From Neoechinorhynchus agilis (Eukaryota > Animalia > Acanthocephala), in assembly GCA_051530055.1 (NCBI GenBank), contig CM121342.1:5083489-5147488 (forward strand): DNA of 64,000 nt, in the 5' to 3' direction. This document shows positions 25,606-36,974 of this stretch, piece by piece; positions within the stretch are counted from its first letter, which is position 1, and each line of letters begins with the position of its first letter. The translations under genes were made by a program, and so were the position numbers. The notes beneath the pieces are model-generated. The model was given only the letters and a program-made list of their open reading frames with translations, was not told where the DNA came from and ran no database searches.

Positions 25606-26415
25606 ATGGATTTGTACGTTCTACTTTTATTTCTTACCTTATTTCAAAAATCGATCGAACATCACTTGCCGCGCCCCGCCATGGCAAATTTTCAATACAG
25701 ACATCCGAAAGCAAATAGTTCCATTATCTCGGTTCCACTGAAAATATGTAAAGTCGAAACACGATTCAAAATAGATCCATTGAAAGGAAACAAAGAGCTT
25801 ATAATACGCTTCCATTCTACCATCGATGGTATCGTTTCCAAAAACCAGTTCCGCAATCTTTTTTTATTCACCGCAGAAAGTCCTCATGCTGATTTGTATG
25901 TGGAGGACAATGAAGTTTTTTTACGAAAACTCAAGAAACATCGATCGCATATCAGGATCAACGTGGCCTTGAGAATTCGTGCGAGTCAACGAATAATTGA
26001 TAAAATTCTAGTTTATCGCCCTTCTTTAATACGGTCGGTTTCTAAAGCCATCAATAGTGGTTTTGGGAATACCACAAAGCCAGTGACTTTCATGCTCCAC
26101 AAAGAAGCGACTAATAATTCAAAGAATAAGTTACTAATTGTCTTATTCACAACAATCCTCTTGTCTCTAAATGTTTTTATTTTCTTCGCAATTTTATTTC
26201 GTCGTATCAAATTCAAGGCTGGAAAAGAAAAACTATTAGTTCCAAGCAAAATGGATGTGGCTCCATGTTCTCCGTTTACCTTCAGTGCACCGGATTTGAG
26301 ATTCATAGACGACTCAGACACCGATGAAGGCAGCAAGTCCTTCTCTGTGCAACGAAGTGGATTCTTAATTGACTGTCATTGTTATACAGGAAAAATAAAA
26401 CATTTAAAATATTAA
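25606..26415 (+). CDS. Orphan single-pass type I membrane protein
   Basis: 269 aa with an N-terminal signal-like segment, a TM segment LLIVLFTTILLSLNVFIFFAILF followed by RRIKFK, and a short cytoplasmic tail. Confidence 0.7.
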   Translation: MDLYVLLLFLTLFQKSIEHHLPRPAMANFQYRHPKANSSIISVPLKICKVETRFKIDPLKGNKELIIRFHSTIDGIVSKNQFRNLFLFTAESPHADLYVEDNEVFLRKLKKHRSHIRINVALRIRASQRIIDKILVYRPSLIRSVSKAINSGFGNTTKPVTFMLHKEATNNSKNKLLIVLFTTILLSLNVFIFFAILFRRIKFKAGKEKLLVPSKMDVAPCSPFTFSAPDLRFIDDSDTDEGSKSFSVQRSGFLIDCHCYTGKIKHLKY

Positions 26416-27363
26416 TTAGCTCATTACATTTCAAGCGAATAACTCAAAACGAACACAAAGAGTTCATTAAGTATGCGCCAATTAATGCAGCTTTCAAAAA
26501 TATTTCCTGTATTTATATAATTATCCGTAAATTTGATGCAATGCGGAAAATCAGTGAAATAAAGCAGGTGAATCAAGAAAACTCCTTACCACATTGAATC
26601 GCTTTATTATACTTTTACAACGTTCAGAGAAAATTCTTTTGATTGTCTGATTATTGCCGGAATAAAAATGTATTTTGAAGCTTAGAAAAAAAGTTCACAT
26701 TATTAAATTAAAAAAAATTAAAAATCGGTGAAATAAAGCCACATTGCACCGCTTTATTATACATTTACAACGTTCAGAGAAAATATGTTCTTTTGGTTAC
26801 AGCTTGAAGAAAAGTTAACAAAATTAAGATGAAGATTAAAAACAAATGATAAAACAAAATTAATTTTTAGACTTTTACGAATCACTTTGATCTCTTTTTT
26901 TCGACCAAATCTTATCAACATTCACACCACTGCCTTTGTGGATCACTCAGCTGCCGTCCTAATGTAATTTTTTCTAGGAAAATTATTTGCTTTAACTCAC
27001 GCAAAATTAGAAACGAAGTGTAATTTTATTCTTGTAACGCTTAGCTCAATGATTATTTGATTGGAAGCAATTATTTTTTTAATTAACGAATAATTTTGCT
27101 AAACTATGTGACAACAATCTACAATTTGCGTTAACTTTTTACAATGTACTTACTAATACAGTCTCAATCTAAAGAGTTTCGATGGTATTTCATAATGCAA
27201 ATCCGCAAAAATAATCCAAGAACGTGTGCGTTCAAAATAGCGTCAAAATTGGAAAATTTATTTTAAAAACTTGCAATATCTTAAAATAGGCCAGATCATT
27301 TTGTTCTATTTATTACGCTAATAAATGCATCTCATTCACTCGATTAAAGGTACAATTGCATTT

Positions 27364-27693
27364 TTAAATCTTAATAACTGGTACGGCAACGCCATTGCTT
27401 GGATAACCTTTAGTGAGAACAAAAACTGCCGTATCGTTTATGTAAAGGAGCTGATCATTCGCCTGTGGATCCTCAATTCTCACATTGATGCTGTAATCAT
27501 TACGGCTCTCAATAAGTGCATTGTCATAGTTAATGCTGAAACTGATTGGAAATTCCTTAGAAGTGTGGATGGTAGTTATGGCCACTATTTTTGCACTAAC
27601 GTCCATCAAACTCACATCATTCAGAGTAACTTTCACAATCGCTCCTTCCGGTATTTCCCCTTCTGCTATAATAGTTCCAGTCAGCACAGGCAT
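27364..27693 (-). CDS. YbaY/YscW-like (bacterial lipoprotein/pilotin-type) domain protein without signal peptide
   Basis: 109 aa: LTGTI...IPEGAIVKVTLNDVSLMDVSAKIVA...FPISFSINYD...YSINVRIE...LLYINDT..VLTKG matches the YbaY pattern VxVxLxDxSxxDxxxxxxA...PxxFxLxxD...xxxI......xxxDT. Confidence 0.8.
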   Translation of the reverse strand: MPVLTGTIIAEGEIPEGAIVKVTLNDVSLMDVSAKIVAITTIHTSKEFPISFSINYDNALIESRNDYSINVRIEDPQANDQLLYINDTAVFVLTKGYPSNGVAVPVIKI

Positions 27694-28180
27694 TCGACTT
27701 TTTCTCGGGACTTTAGCCTAATATAAGATTCGGCGTCTATAAAAAAAAGTTTGCACCATTTTGTGGGTGAGTAACGGCGCTTGGAGAACAACGAAATAGA
27801 AAACTTTCAATGCACGAAATAGTGTTAAAAGTGTCAGAATGATTGAGTGCTGTTATAGTGACTCCCGAAAGGTAGGAATGTGTCGTTTCCATGAACAAGA
27901 TCGAGGTTCAAACATTTGAGTTTCTTAAAAATGATCTTGCCGATGCTTTGTTTATCACCAAAATTCGTTTATAAGAAATTGATTTCTATCCATGCACTGA
28001 GATTGGATATTACCAAAAAAAAGACTACCTCTTGGTTGCTAGAAAAACTCACTCGAGAAACACAGATATTAGATTGCTTTCGCCGGGGTTTTTTAAGAGG
28101 AATAAACATTGCTTATCCGTCTATCGTCTTGTTTTGAGCATTTTTGCCTTGTAGTAAAAAATAGCGAAACCTCATCCTTC

Positions 28181-29553
28181 AATATGACTATTTTATTTCG
28201 TCCAAAAAATTGCATATTTGTCGACTAATTTAATCAGTAATTATCAATTCAAATCTTTTTTAAGTTTTTCTGGAGATTAATTCTAAGTTATAATAACTGA
28301 TTCAATTAATCGACTTATATCCATTCGGCTTTAACGATCTCTCCCTCTCGGCTTGTGATGATCGACCGCAAAATAATAAAATGCCTATTTTATTTCGTCC
28401 AAAAAATTGCATATTTGTCGACTAATTCAATCAGTAATTATCAATTCAAATCTTTTTTAAGTTTTTCTGGAGATTAATTCTAAGTTATAATAACTGATTC
28501 AATTAATCGACTTATATCCATTCGACTTTAACGATCTCCCTCTCGGCTTGTGATGATCGACCGCAAAATAATAAAATGCCTATTTTATTTCGTCCAAAAA
28601 ATTGCATATTTGTCGACTAATTTAATCAGTAATTATCAATTCAAATCTTTTTTAAGTTTTTCTGGAGATTAATTCTAAGTTATAATAACTGATTCAATTA
28701 ATCGACTTATATCCATTCGGCTTTAACGATCTCCCTCTCGGCTTGTGATGATCGACCGCAAAATAATAAAATGCCTATTTTATTTCGTCCAAAAAATTGC
28801 ATATTTGTCGACTAATTCAATCAGTAATTATCAATTCAAATCTTTTTTAAGTTTTTCTGGAGATTAATTCTAAGTTATAATAACTGATTCAATTAATCGA
28901 CTTATATCCATTCGACTTTAACGATCTCCCTCTCGGCTTGTGATGATCGACCGCAAAATAATAAAATGCCTATTTTATTTCGTCCAAAAAATTGCATATT
29001 TGTCGACTAATTCAATCAGTAATTATCAATTCAAATCTCTTGTAAGTTTTTCTGGAGATTAATTCTAAGTTATAATAACTGATTCAATTAATCGACTTAT
29101 ATCCATTCGACTTTAACGATCTCTCCCTCTCGGCTTGTGATGATCGACCGCAAAATAATAAAATGCCTATTTTATTTCGTCCAAAAAATTGCATATTTGT
29201 CGACTAATTCAATCAGTAATTATCAATTCAAATCTTTTTTAAGTTTTTCTGGAGATTAATTCTAAGTTATAATAACTGATTCAATTAATCGACTTATATC
29301 CATTCGACTTTAACGATCTCTCCCTCTCGGCTTGTGATGATCGACCGCAAAATAATAAAATGCCTATTTTATTTCGTCAAAAAATTGCATATTTGTCGAC
29401 TAATTTAATCATTAATTATCAATTCAAATCTTTTTTAAGTTTTTCTGGAGATTAATTCTAAGTTATAATGACTGATTCAATTAATCGACTTATATCCATT
29501 CGACTTTAACGATCTCTCCATCTCGACTTGTGATGATCGACGGCAAAATAATA
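28181..29553. repeat. Tandem array, 195-197-bp unit, 7 copies, each with an internal inverted repeat
   Basis: GTCGAC anchor at 28220, 28417, 28612, 28807, 29002, 29199 and 29395. Near-identical AT-rich units. Confidence 0.97.
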
Positions 29554-31267
29554 ATTTAACAGAATGCATTGGGGAAAACCGCAATGTGCCACATTGGAGT
29601 ACTTGGAAACTAAATGTATTTCAAATAAATTAAAACCCTTAATTATCGAAGAGTCGTACATTTTCGGCTTTGTATTTTTAGCTTCCATTTGATTTTTCTA
29701 GACTTGCTACGTCCTCATGGATCACAATACAAGTTTAAATGATGTGGATCTTTCAAGGAAAGAAGGAAGTCCATTTTTTAAACTAAGCTAACACTATATG
29801 TTTCAGGATTGAATTGTTCATGTTTCCGCCAGAAACAAAAACATTAGATCTATAATTGCCTTATGTTATCTAAGTGAGAATCTTTTAATTAATTAGATTG
29901 TTTTTCAGGTTCAAACGTCCAATCACATGATTTATTATCTAAAAAACAAGACGAGGTTTCACTTCAAGTCGTCTTAATCGAAAGTTAGTACTTTTTCAGG
30001 TTCAAACCTTCGTGAGCATTTTAAAACCCTAATAGAGTTCAAATTATGTAAAGGGACTATAGGCCAATTCGAAATAGTTTAAGTGATTTATACATCTTGT
30101 GGAATATAAATTTTTTATAATTTCCATCAACACTAGAGCAACTTGCGGTTTTATAAAAGTTCCCAAAATGAACTGTCAAAAGACCTGAATCATGGTACTT
30201 TTCTTTGCATATTGTAATTATTACGAAGTGCCGGAAAATTGCATGGTATAATATTGCCGGCATGCCCTCTCCCGGAAGGAAATTAGCTAATAGCAGAGTT
30301 GATCTTTGCCAGCCACAAACAGAATCAACCCGTATAAAGTACTAAATGGTTTAGTGTCGGTTCCAAGGAATGTTGACTAATTCAGTTTATGGTTTAACTC
30401 ACTTTATTTGATGGGTGCGATACGCTCGATCACGTTAATGAGCAGCTTTCGCTACTGTTGCCGGTCTTCTGCAAACTCTACAATTTACATATCGCTTTAA
30501 AGCTACCAATTTTCCTTTCCTTATAACTAGGTCTCGAAGTATATAAGGAACTCTTTGAGATAACAAGAATTGAAAATGCCAACTCCGCAAACATCGGTGA
30601 GTTCTGAAGTCGTTTTGTGTTTATTTTAAACACATTGAGTCCAGATTTTAACCGGTCTAAGGGACCACGCTCTTTTTTTAACAATTAAATTCGACGAGAA
30701 AGTGGACCGAATCAGTTTGGTAAAATCAATCGGGAAGTTCCAGCAGTTAGCGGATGGAGTCTCAATTGAGAACAAATGTGAACTTGATTTTGGCGTTGGA
30801 TTTTCTCATCACTTTTACAAATCGGTAGGTCTTTTGAGAATTTGATTTTACGTGTTTGCATTCTGAGTGCCATCAAACCGGATTTTATAATTTTGAGTTG
30901 GTGTAGATTTTTAAAAAGACGATGACATGATTGGAATCACAAAAAGGAACCCAAATTTTTGTTGCATAAATAACATACGAATCCCCTTAAAACTTGATAT
31001 AAAGAAGCGGCGAACTCTCCCAATATCAAATCAAAATACGTTGATGTTTACAACCGTTCGCTTGGTACAATGCTCGATGTTATTTATTTGCGATCTCAGT
31101 GTAGTAAATGAGAAATGTTTGAAGATTGAACTGTTCATATTGGTTGTTTTATGTGGCGTAGAAAGATTTACGCCACATAAATATTTAGGCAATTTTTTTG
31201 ATAAACCTACTTCTCCAACTATGCGATTCCACTGCGTTCAACATCTCTTTTTTTTATTTCAAAATAG

Positions 31268-32333
31268 ATTGGTGGTCGTAATAGACTCAATTTTTCATAC
31301 ACGGAAAAAGGAACTGGTGAACATATAATGAGGTGCTTAGATGGAGATATTTACGTTCATGCAAAATCAGATAATCACGGAGCTTTGGCTGATTTGGCGC
31401 TCGTTCTTATACATTGTATTGGACCAGATAATGTGAAAGTTTTTGATGATGTTTACGGATTTAAATATAAATCCAATCGGGATCTGACCGGGTTCATAGA
31501 TGGTTTGTTCTCATTTTAATACAAATAAGAAAATAGAAAAAAAAAGGAATTAATAACCCACGCACAGTGGACGAACGTGCGCTTTATGGTGTCGATAAAT
31601 CAACCGGAGGAAGCTACTGTGTTGCTCAAAAATGGGAACATAAATTCAAACTCGTTTGGAAAACTGACGGTATATATAAAGTCTTTAGAATTAGTCTTCG
31701 CAAATCGCAGCCATCTCTAGTTTAGATATCGATCTACACATTTTAAGATGTGACTAATAAAAAATTGTGACCAATTTGTTTTAGCGTTTCATTAATTGAA
31801 CAACATTTTGCTCTTATTTAATTTTAATGCATAAATTAGTATAGTGAGAGGAAATAACGATAATGTTACTCTTTTTTTTTATTCTAGTTGACGATTTCTT
31901 CTCCTTAATAATCAGCAATATCGCTAGTGTCGCTTCTCGAATCCTGGATCGGTCGCAAAATAAAGTACGGTGATGAATTAAAGGAAAAGAGTGAAACGTC
32001 TCACATAGCTCGAATGAAAGGCGGTTAGCGGGTATTGTGACAAAATCACTATGAACATTAATCCACGTAGGTAACGGATATAAGCAAAAACCAAAGTATA
32101 GATTAGTAAGGCATTCGCATCCTTATGGCGCAATCGGGAGCGGTCCGGGTGGTCTTGTATTTTTAGGATACAGTAATTCACTCGAAGGCTTCGAATTTAT
32201 GCTGAATAGGATGACTGGTCTCGGCGAAGATGGTCTAAAGGACGACCTTTTCAATATCAGCACTCCAGTTGGCTGCAACTACTGGTATTTCCCGTCAATT
32301 GAAGAGTTGGCTCACTTATGTCGCACAACTTGA
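31268..32333 (+). CDS. Dye-decolorizing (DyP-type) peroxidase, copy 1; 5' exons unresolved
   Basis: Spliced exons give GDIYVHAKS...RDLTGFIDG|INNP...GSYCVAQKWEH...ESWIGR...SHIARM...LVRHSHPYG...GLVFLGYS...FEFMLNRM...NYWYFPS. Catalytic Asp, His and Arg are present. GT-AG introns. Confidence 0.88.
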
Positions 32334-32751
32334 ATCAATATTTGAATTGCATGGATTGAAATATTGGATTATTTAGATATGGTTTCTCCGCGCATACTTG
32401 TTTGGGGCATTCCTATTAAATAACGAACAGTCAATGCAAAAATGACAAGAAATAGGGTGTTTTCAAGCATAGAGATTTCGCCTAACCACACGATTATAAA
32501 AATATATCTTAAAATTATTTAAAGAAAGTCTTTGTTGGTTTAATTTATAGCATAGAAATATAGAATAGACAATTTTTTCAAAAAAATAACACTCGATGAT
32601 CCTAAAAGTATGTATTTTAAAGTTTTGCTATTTGCAAGAGCGGTTCCCTGTTGTATCCTGATCGAGTCAACGATATCCTTACTAATCCTATGCATTCCTT
32701 CGCTACCTTAAAGATATATCTGTGCTAGAAATACTTCAGATAAACCGAACA

Positions 32752-33919
32752 ATGGAGCCTCAATTAACAGTAATTTCTCAATCTTTTCTTTTGATCACTA
32801 CTAAGGGACAACCTAGGTGGTCACTCAACTAAAAGACAATGCTCTCTTTCTCACTTTATGGCTAAAAGAAGGATACGACCTACGTTTATGCTTTAAAGGC
32901 ATTAAAAATATTCCAAAAGTAGTCAATGATCTTTCTCAAACACATGAGACCGAAATATTGTATGGAATTGGATTCGGTCAGCAATTATCTTTCAAGGTTA
33001 ACCCAAGTGCTTTTACATTTCTTGCCATCATTTTTTGGCTTTAAAGTTGGGCATACAAGAGGAATTTATCTATAAGGAACGTTCATACAACGGTCAACGG
33101 ATGTCCGCAACGGCTGGTGATATCTTTATCCATGCAAAATCAAATTCGATTAGTAGCATGTTTGAAATGTCCAAGGACGTTCTTGATTGTTTTTGCGGAA
33201 TTGTTGAAAAATTTGAAGATGTATATGGCTTCAAGTATAGAAAAAATCGGGATTTGTCGGGGTTTATTGACGGTTTGTAGGTTGCAGCTAAAAGAATATT
33301 TAAGCTCAAATAACAGGAATTAACAACCCCGATAGCCACCTAGACCGAATTAACATTGGAGTGAGGCCAGACGGTTCTAGTTTTTGCCTAACTCAACGAT
33401 GGGAGCACGATTTTGAAGTTATATGCCCACAAAACGGTAAGTGATTTTTAAAGTTTCAAAACTTTTCTTTGTTTTATTATATCTAACTTGATTCGGCTTA
33501 CAATATTTAGATTTATTAATGGAACAGTGGGTTGGTCGAACGAAGGAAAGTGGCGATGAACTCAAAGACAAAGCGCTAACATCGCACGTGGCGAAAATGA
33601 AAGGAGGTAAGTGCATTTATTCTCAAATTCTGAGCCCTTGAAAACGAGCAATACGATAGGAAATGCTTTCCAACAGAAACCTCGTTTTCGAATAGTTCGA
33701 CAATCGATGCCTTATGGTCAAATGTGCAACAAAGCCGGATTATTCTTCATTGCATACAGCAAAGCAGTTGAACCATTCGATTTCATGCTTGATCAACTTG
33801 TCGGATCAGCTGGTGAAGATCAACCGGACGACATTCTTAAGCTGAGTAAACCAGTTACGGGAAACTATTGGTTCTTCCCATCGGCTCAACGAATGGAGAT
33901 TCTCTTCTTAGAACACTGA
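32752..33919 (+). CDS. DyP-type peroxidase, copy 2 (about 6 exons)
   Basis: MEPQLT|VVTQLKDNALFLTLW...GDIFIHAKS...RDLSGFIDG|INNP...QRWEH...EQWVGR...SHVAKM...IVRQSMPYG...GLFFIAYS...GNYWFFPS, with short GT-AG introns. Confidence 0.92.
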
Positions 33920-34644
33920 TGATGAGTTCAATTTCTCAAAATCATTAATAATCGTACAACTCATAAGAATGGAGGGGATAATATACAGCTGACCCTAATA
34001 TTTACACCATCCTCGATTTTGAAATGCATAACTACATTTGTCGAAAATACATGCTTCCCTTCGAGTTAAAGACGATATAAAGAGTTACACCCTTACAACT
34101 AATGCAATTACCAGTCCAAATAAAGAAAGCGAAATCGCAGTAGTCAACTTAGCACTCCCAGCTTAGTTCTAAAAAACCCTCAGGTATTACCGTGACAAAA
34201 ATCTTAGATCATTCTCTGACGAAATAACAACTTCAAAATATAAATCCAAAAAAACATGGACAATACTAAATTATCAAACTTTGAAAGCTTGCTTTGAACA
34301 ACGTTTTCGTAATGCATTTGAATGCTCTGGTGCAAGAAAAGCCACAAAACGGGCGATCCAAGTTGTATCGGATCACATAAACGATATAAGAAAAACCCTT
34401 TGTTTTTGGATGGACACTTGACCGGACTGTTGTAATGATAAAAACAGAATCTTTATTTCCGACCGCTTTTGCCTTCTCACAGCTTAAACTCTATGTTAAG
34501 TGTGTGTTCAAGTGGCGACATTGAAGTGTGGAAAGTTCGTCTCACTTTGTTGAGCAGTTCCGAGGCTTTGTCGAGCTGATGTCCAGAACTCTCCCTTGCA
34601 TTTAAGAACCTCGGTGACAGATAGTTCCATCGGTTACTTGGCCA

Positions 34645-35549
34645 CTTTACCCTCTTCAGTAATTTTCCTTAGTACTATTTTTGAACAGAATATGCACACT
34701 GCGAAATCTTTTAATGGTCCAGTATTTCGGATTTTAATCAAATCCATCTTAAGGGTTCACACACTAACAGAATAAGCACGATTTCCGTTTCTTGGACATC
34801 GGAATTTCGCTAAAACCAGGAGTCTGCACACATTTCGAGTCCTTAACCCTTTTCAAGTACAAAAGAGCAGTAGGGGCGGATGTATTGGTAAATTGGGCAG
34901 TTATATATTTTGAACGAGGATAAGTGATATGGAACAAGAGTTCACAAGAATAAAATAGGATCTGGTAGACGCTGAATGTCCGTTGAATAAGAGATCACAA
35001 CAAACGAGAATAGGATCGACACGATAAACGACAGCTCAGTTGAGATAGTTCCATTTTACTATGAAACAGGAGAATACTGGAAGTCCGATGCTTCAATCTC
35101 CCTCGAGCAATTCGATTATGCCTTCCCCGGACTGCAATGTTGTGTACCGATTCAATTGCCCAAAGGATATCTATAACGCATCCTAAATCGGCTACACAAC
35201 ATACAAAATGATGGGCAGGATAAGGCAAAATGGATAAGAAGCAAGTGCAATACAAAAGCATATGAAGGATGAACATGGAAACGTTTATCAAACCTTAAGA
35301 CCGAATTCAAGATTGGCTTAATGATCATTTGTCAGGACAGAACCTCAATCAACGTGAAATCCAGTGAGATATTCAATGGTCTCAGATTGTGTGGCCAATT
35401 GTAATGACGTAAAAGTGTGCTGACTTCTTTCAGGTGTGTTCTAATGTTACCCTGAAGATGGATCCGAAATATTGGACCATTAAAAGATTTCGCAGTGTGC
35501 ATATTCTATTCAAAAATAGTACTAAGGAAAATTACTGAAGAGGTTAAAG
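34645..35549 (+). mobile_element. 5'-truncated Penelope-like element remnant: GIY-YIG pseudogene between inverted pLTR copies
   Basis: From 35136: NVVYRFNCPKDIYNAS*IGYTTYKMMGRIRQNG*EASAIQKHMKDEH. Inverted repeats at about 34645-34790 and 35405-35549, with an approximately 88-bp core differing at only a few positions. Confidence 0.75.
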
Positions 35550-36974
35550 ATATATTTAATAAATAGGATTAAGAAATTAACTCGCTTGTGGAGAGTCTTC
35601 TCCGTCACTGTGGCACTTTGAGTGAATCGCTGCCCATGGTGTAACCACGATTTTGAGCTTGGATTAAGCGCGTTCCGTCAAACGTTGACGCAAAGGTCGT
35701 TCAGGTAGATGACGCCCACGATTGTCAGGCTATCTCGTAGACCACTTTAATTCGAATGCTAATCGAGTCTTGTCGGCCATTTATTTCCATGAACTTCCCC
35801 TGCGCGTGCCACCAAGGACGATGCTGGACGTTTTCCCGGGTCTCGTTCTCGCAAGGATTCGTCCAAATGAAGGTGCGCTTCTGCGAACAATCCGGAGCTT
35901 TTAGGAACGTCACTAGTAGGTTTTGTGAACTGATATATGGAATCTTGAGCATCAGTTATCCTCCGGATCGATTCCGTGATCACCGCTCCGTTTCTCACAC
36001 CGCCTCTGGAACTGCACAATCTCCTTTTCCCCGTCTAGAGCCAATCGCTCGTAATTCAGTGCTATCTCAGTTATAGATTGCCTGTTTCATAACCCAAAAG
36101 GATGATGTAAAACTCGATGCATGGCTATCCCTTTTTACGGTTCGCGATACCAATTGAACTTAGTGACCTGATTAACTTTTTGAAACACCAATTGAGGAAC
36201 GGCATTGCTAATCCGATGGTGTGTCTCGTGTCACCTTAATCCCTCCGGTAAGATCCCTAGAATTCAACGTCGTCTCGTTATCATCAACGAAGATAAAACT
36301 GGCTCGACGCTAAATGTGGGAATATGTATTACTTTTCCACATCATCAAAGAAAATCATGGCTAAGAACGGAACTATGCAGTTTCCCATTCACAGTCCACG
36401 GATTTGCCAATTAAGTCCGTCGTCATCTCAAAAGAGGATGCACTAATCGGTCTGCATCCGACCGGCATCTTGTGGCTTCATACGAACGTTGGTAATTTGG
36501 GAGCGGTGCGTGAACTAGAGAAGCGGTTAAATGAGAAATTAAACCCATTCGGAATGCTACCGACGGGGATTCACTCTAATTGTTATAGAGTGCAGCATCT
36601 TTCGACATAGTGACCGACTTTATCGGCAAATCCATCATAAACTCTTCCAAAAGGCATTCGGTGAGCGGGGGAAAATCAACTGGGCCTATTTTTAAGGCTA
36701 TTCTCCGGTTTCAAAGCGATGGATTTGTAATTTGTGTACTATGTAGAGGACGGGATAACCGTGAGTAAAAGGCGAAATAAAGCTGATGTGAAATTTGCAG
36801 AGATCGGACGAAACCTGAATTTCGGAGTCGTTTGAGGAGCTTGAGAAAGAGAGAGAGTGATGCGCGAGTCCTATTTCAGATTTGATCACAAAAATCAATA
36901 AAACGTGTTATTATATTCTAAAACATTCGATGGATCGATCGCAACTAGCAATCGCGTTTTTTGCTCCGTGCCTT

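Noticed and set aside
26550-26790. Short imperfect direct repeat (about 55 bp) after the type I membrane gene
   Set aside because: Looks like an ordinary local duplication in AT-rich intergenic DNA.
29320-31970. Similarity between the satellite unit end (GATCGACCGCAAAATAA) and the DyP1 exon (GATCGGTCGCAAAATAA)
   Set aside because: A 15/17 match in AT-rich DNA with no extension; compatible with chance.
34185-34280. YYRDKI...SKKTWTILN, a LINE (CR1/L2) linker-like peptide
   Set aside because: Too short to call without a search.
34645-35549. piggyBac-like MITE (TTAA-like ends, CCTCT termini)
   Set aside because: The interior encodes a GIY-YIG remnant and the arms carry pLTR/hammerhead-like motifs. 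The left end is TTTA rather than TTAA. Penelope fits better.
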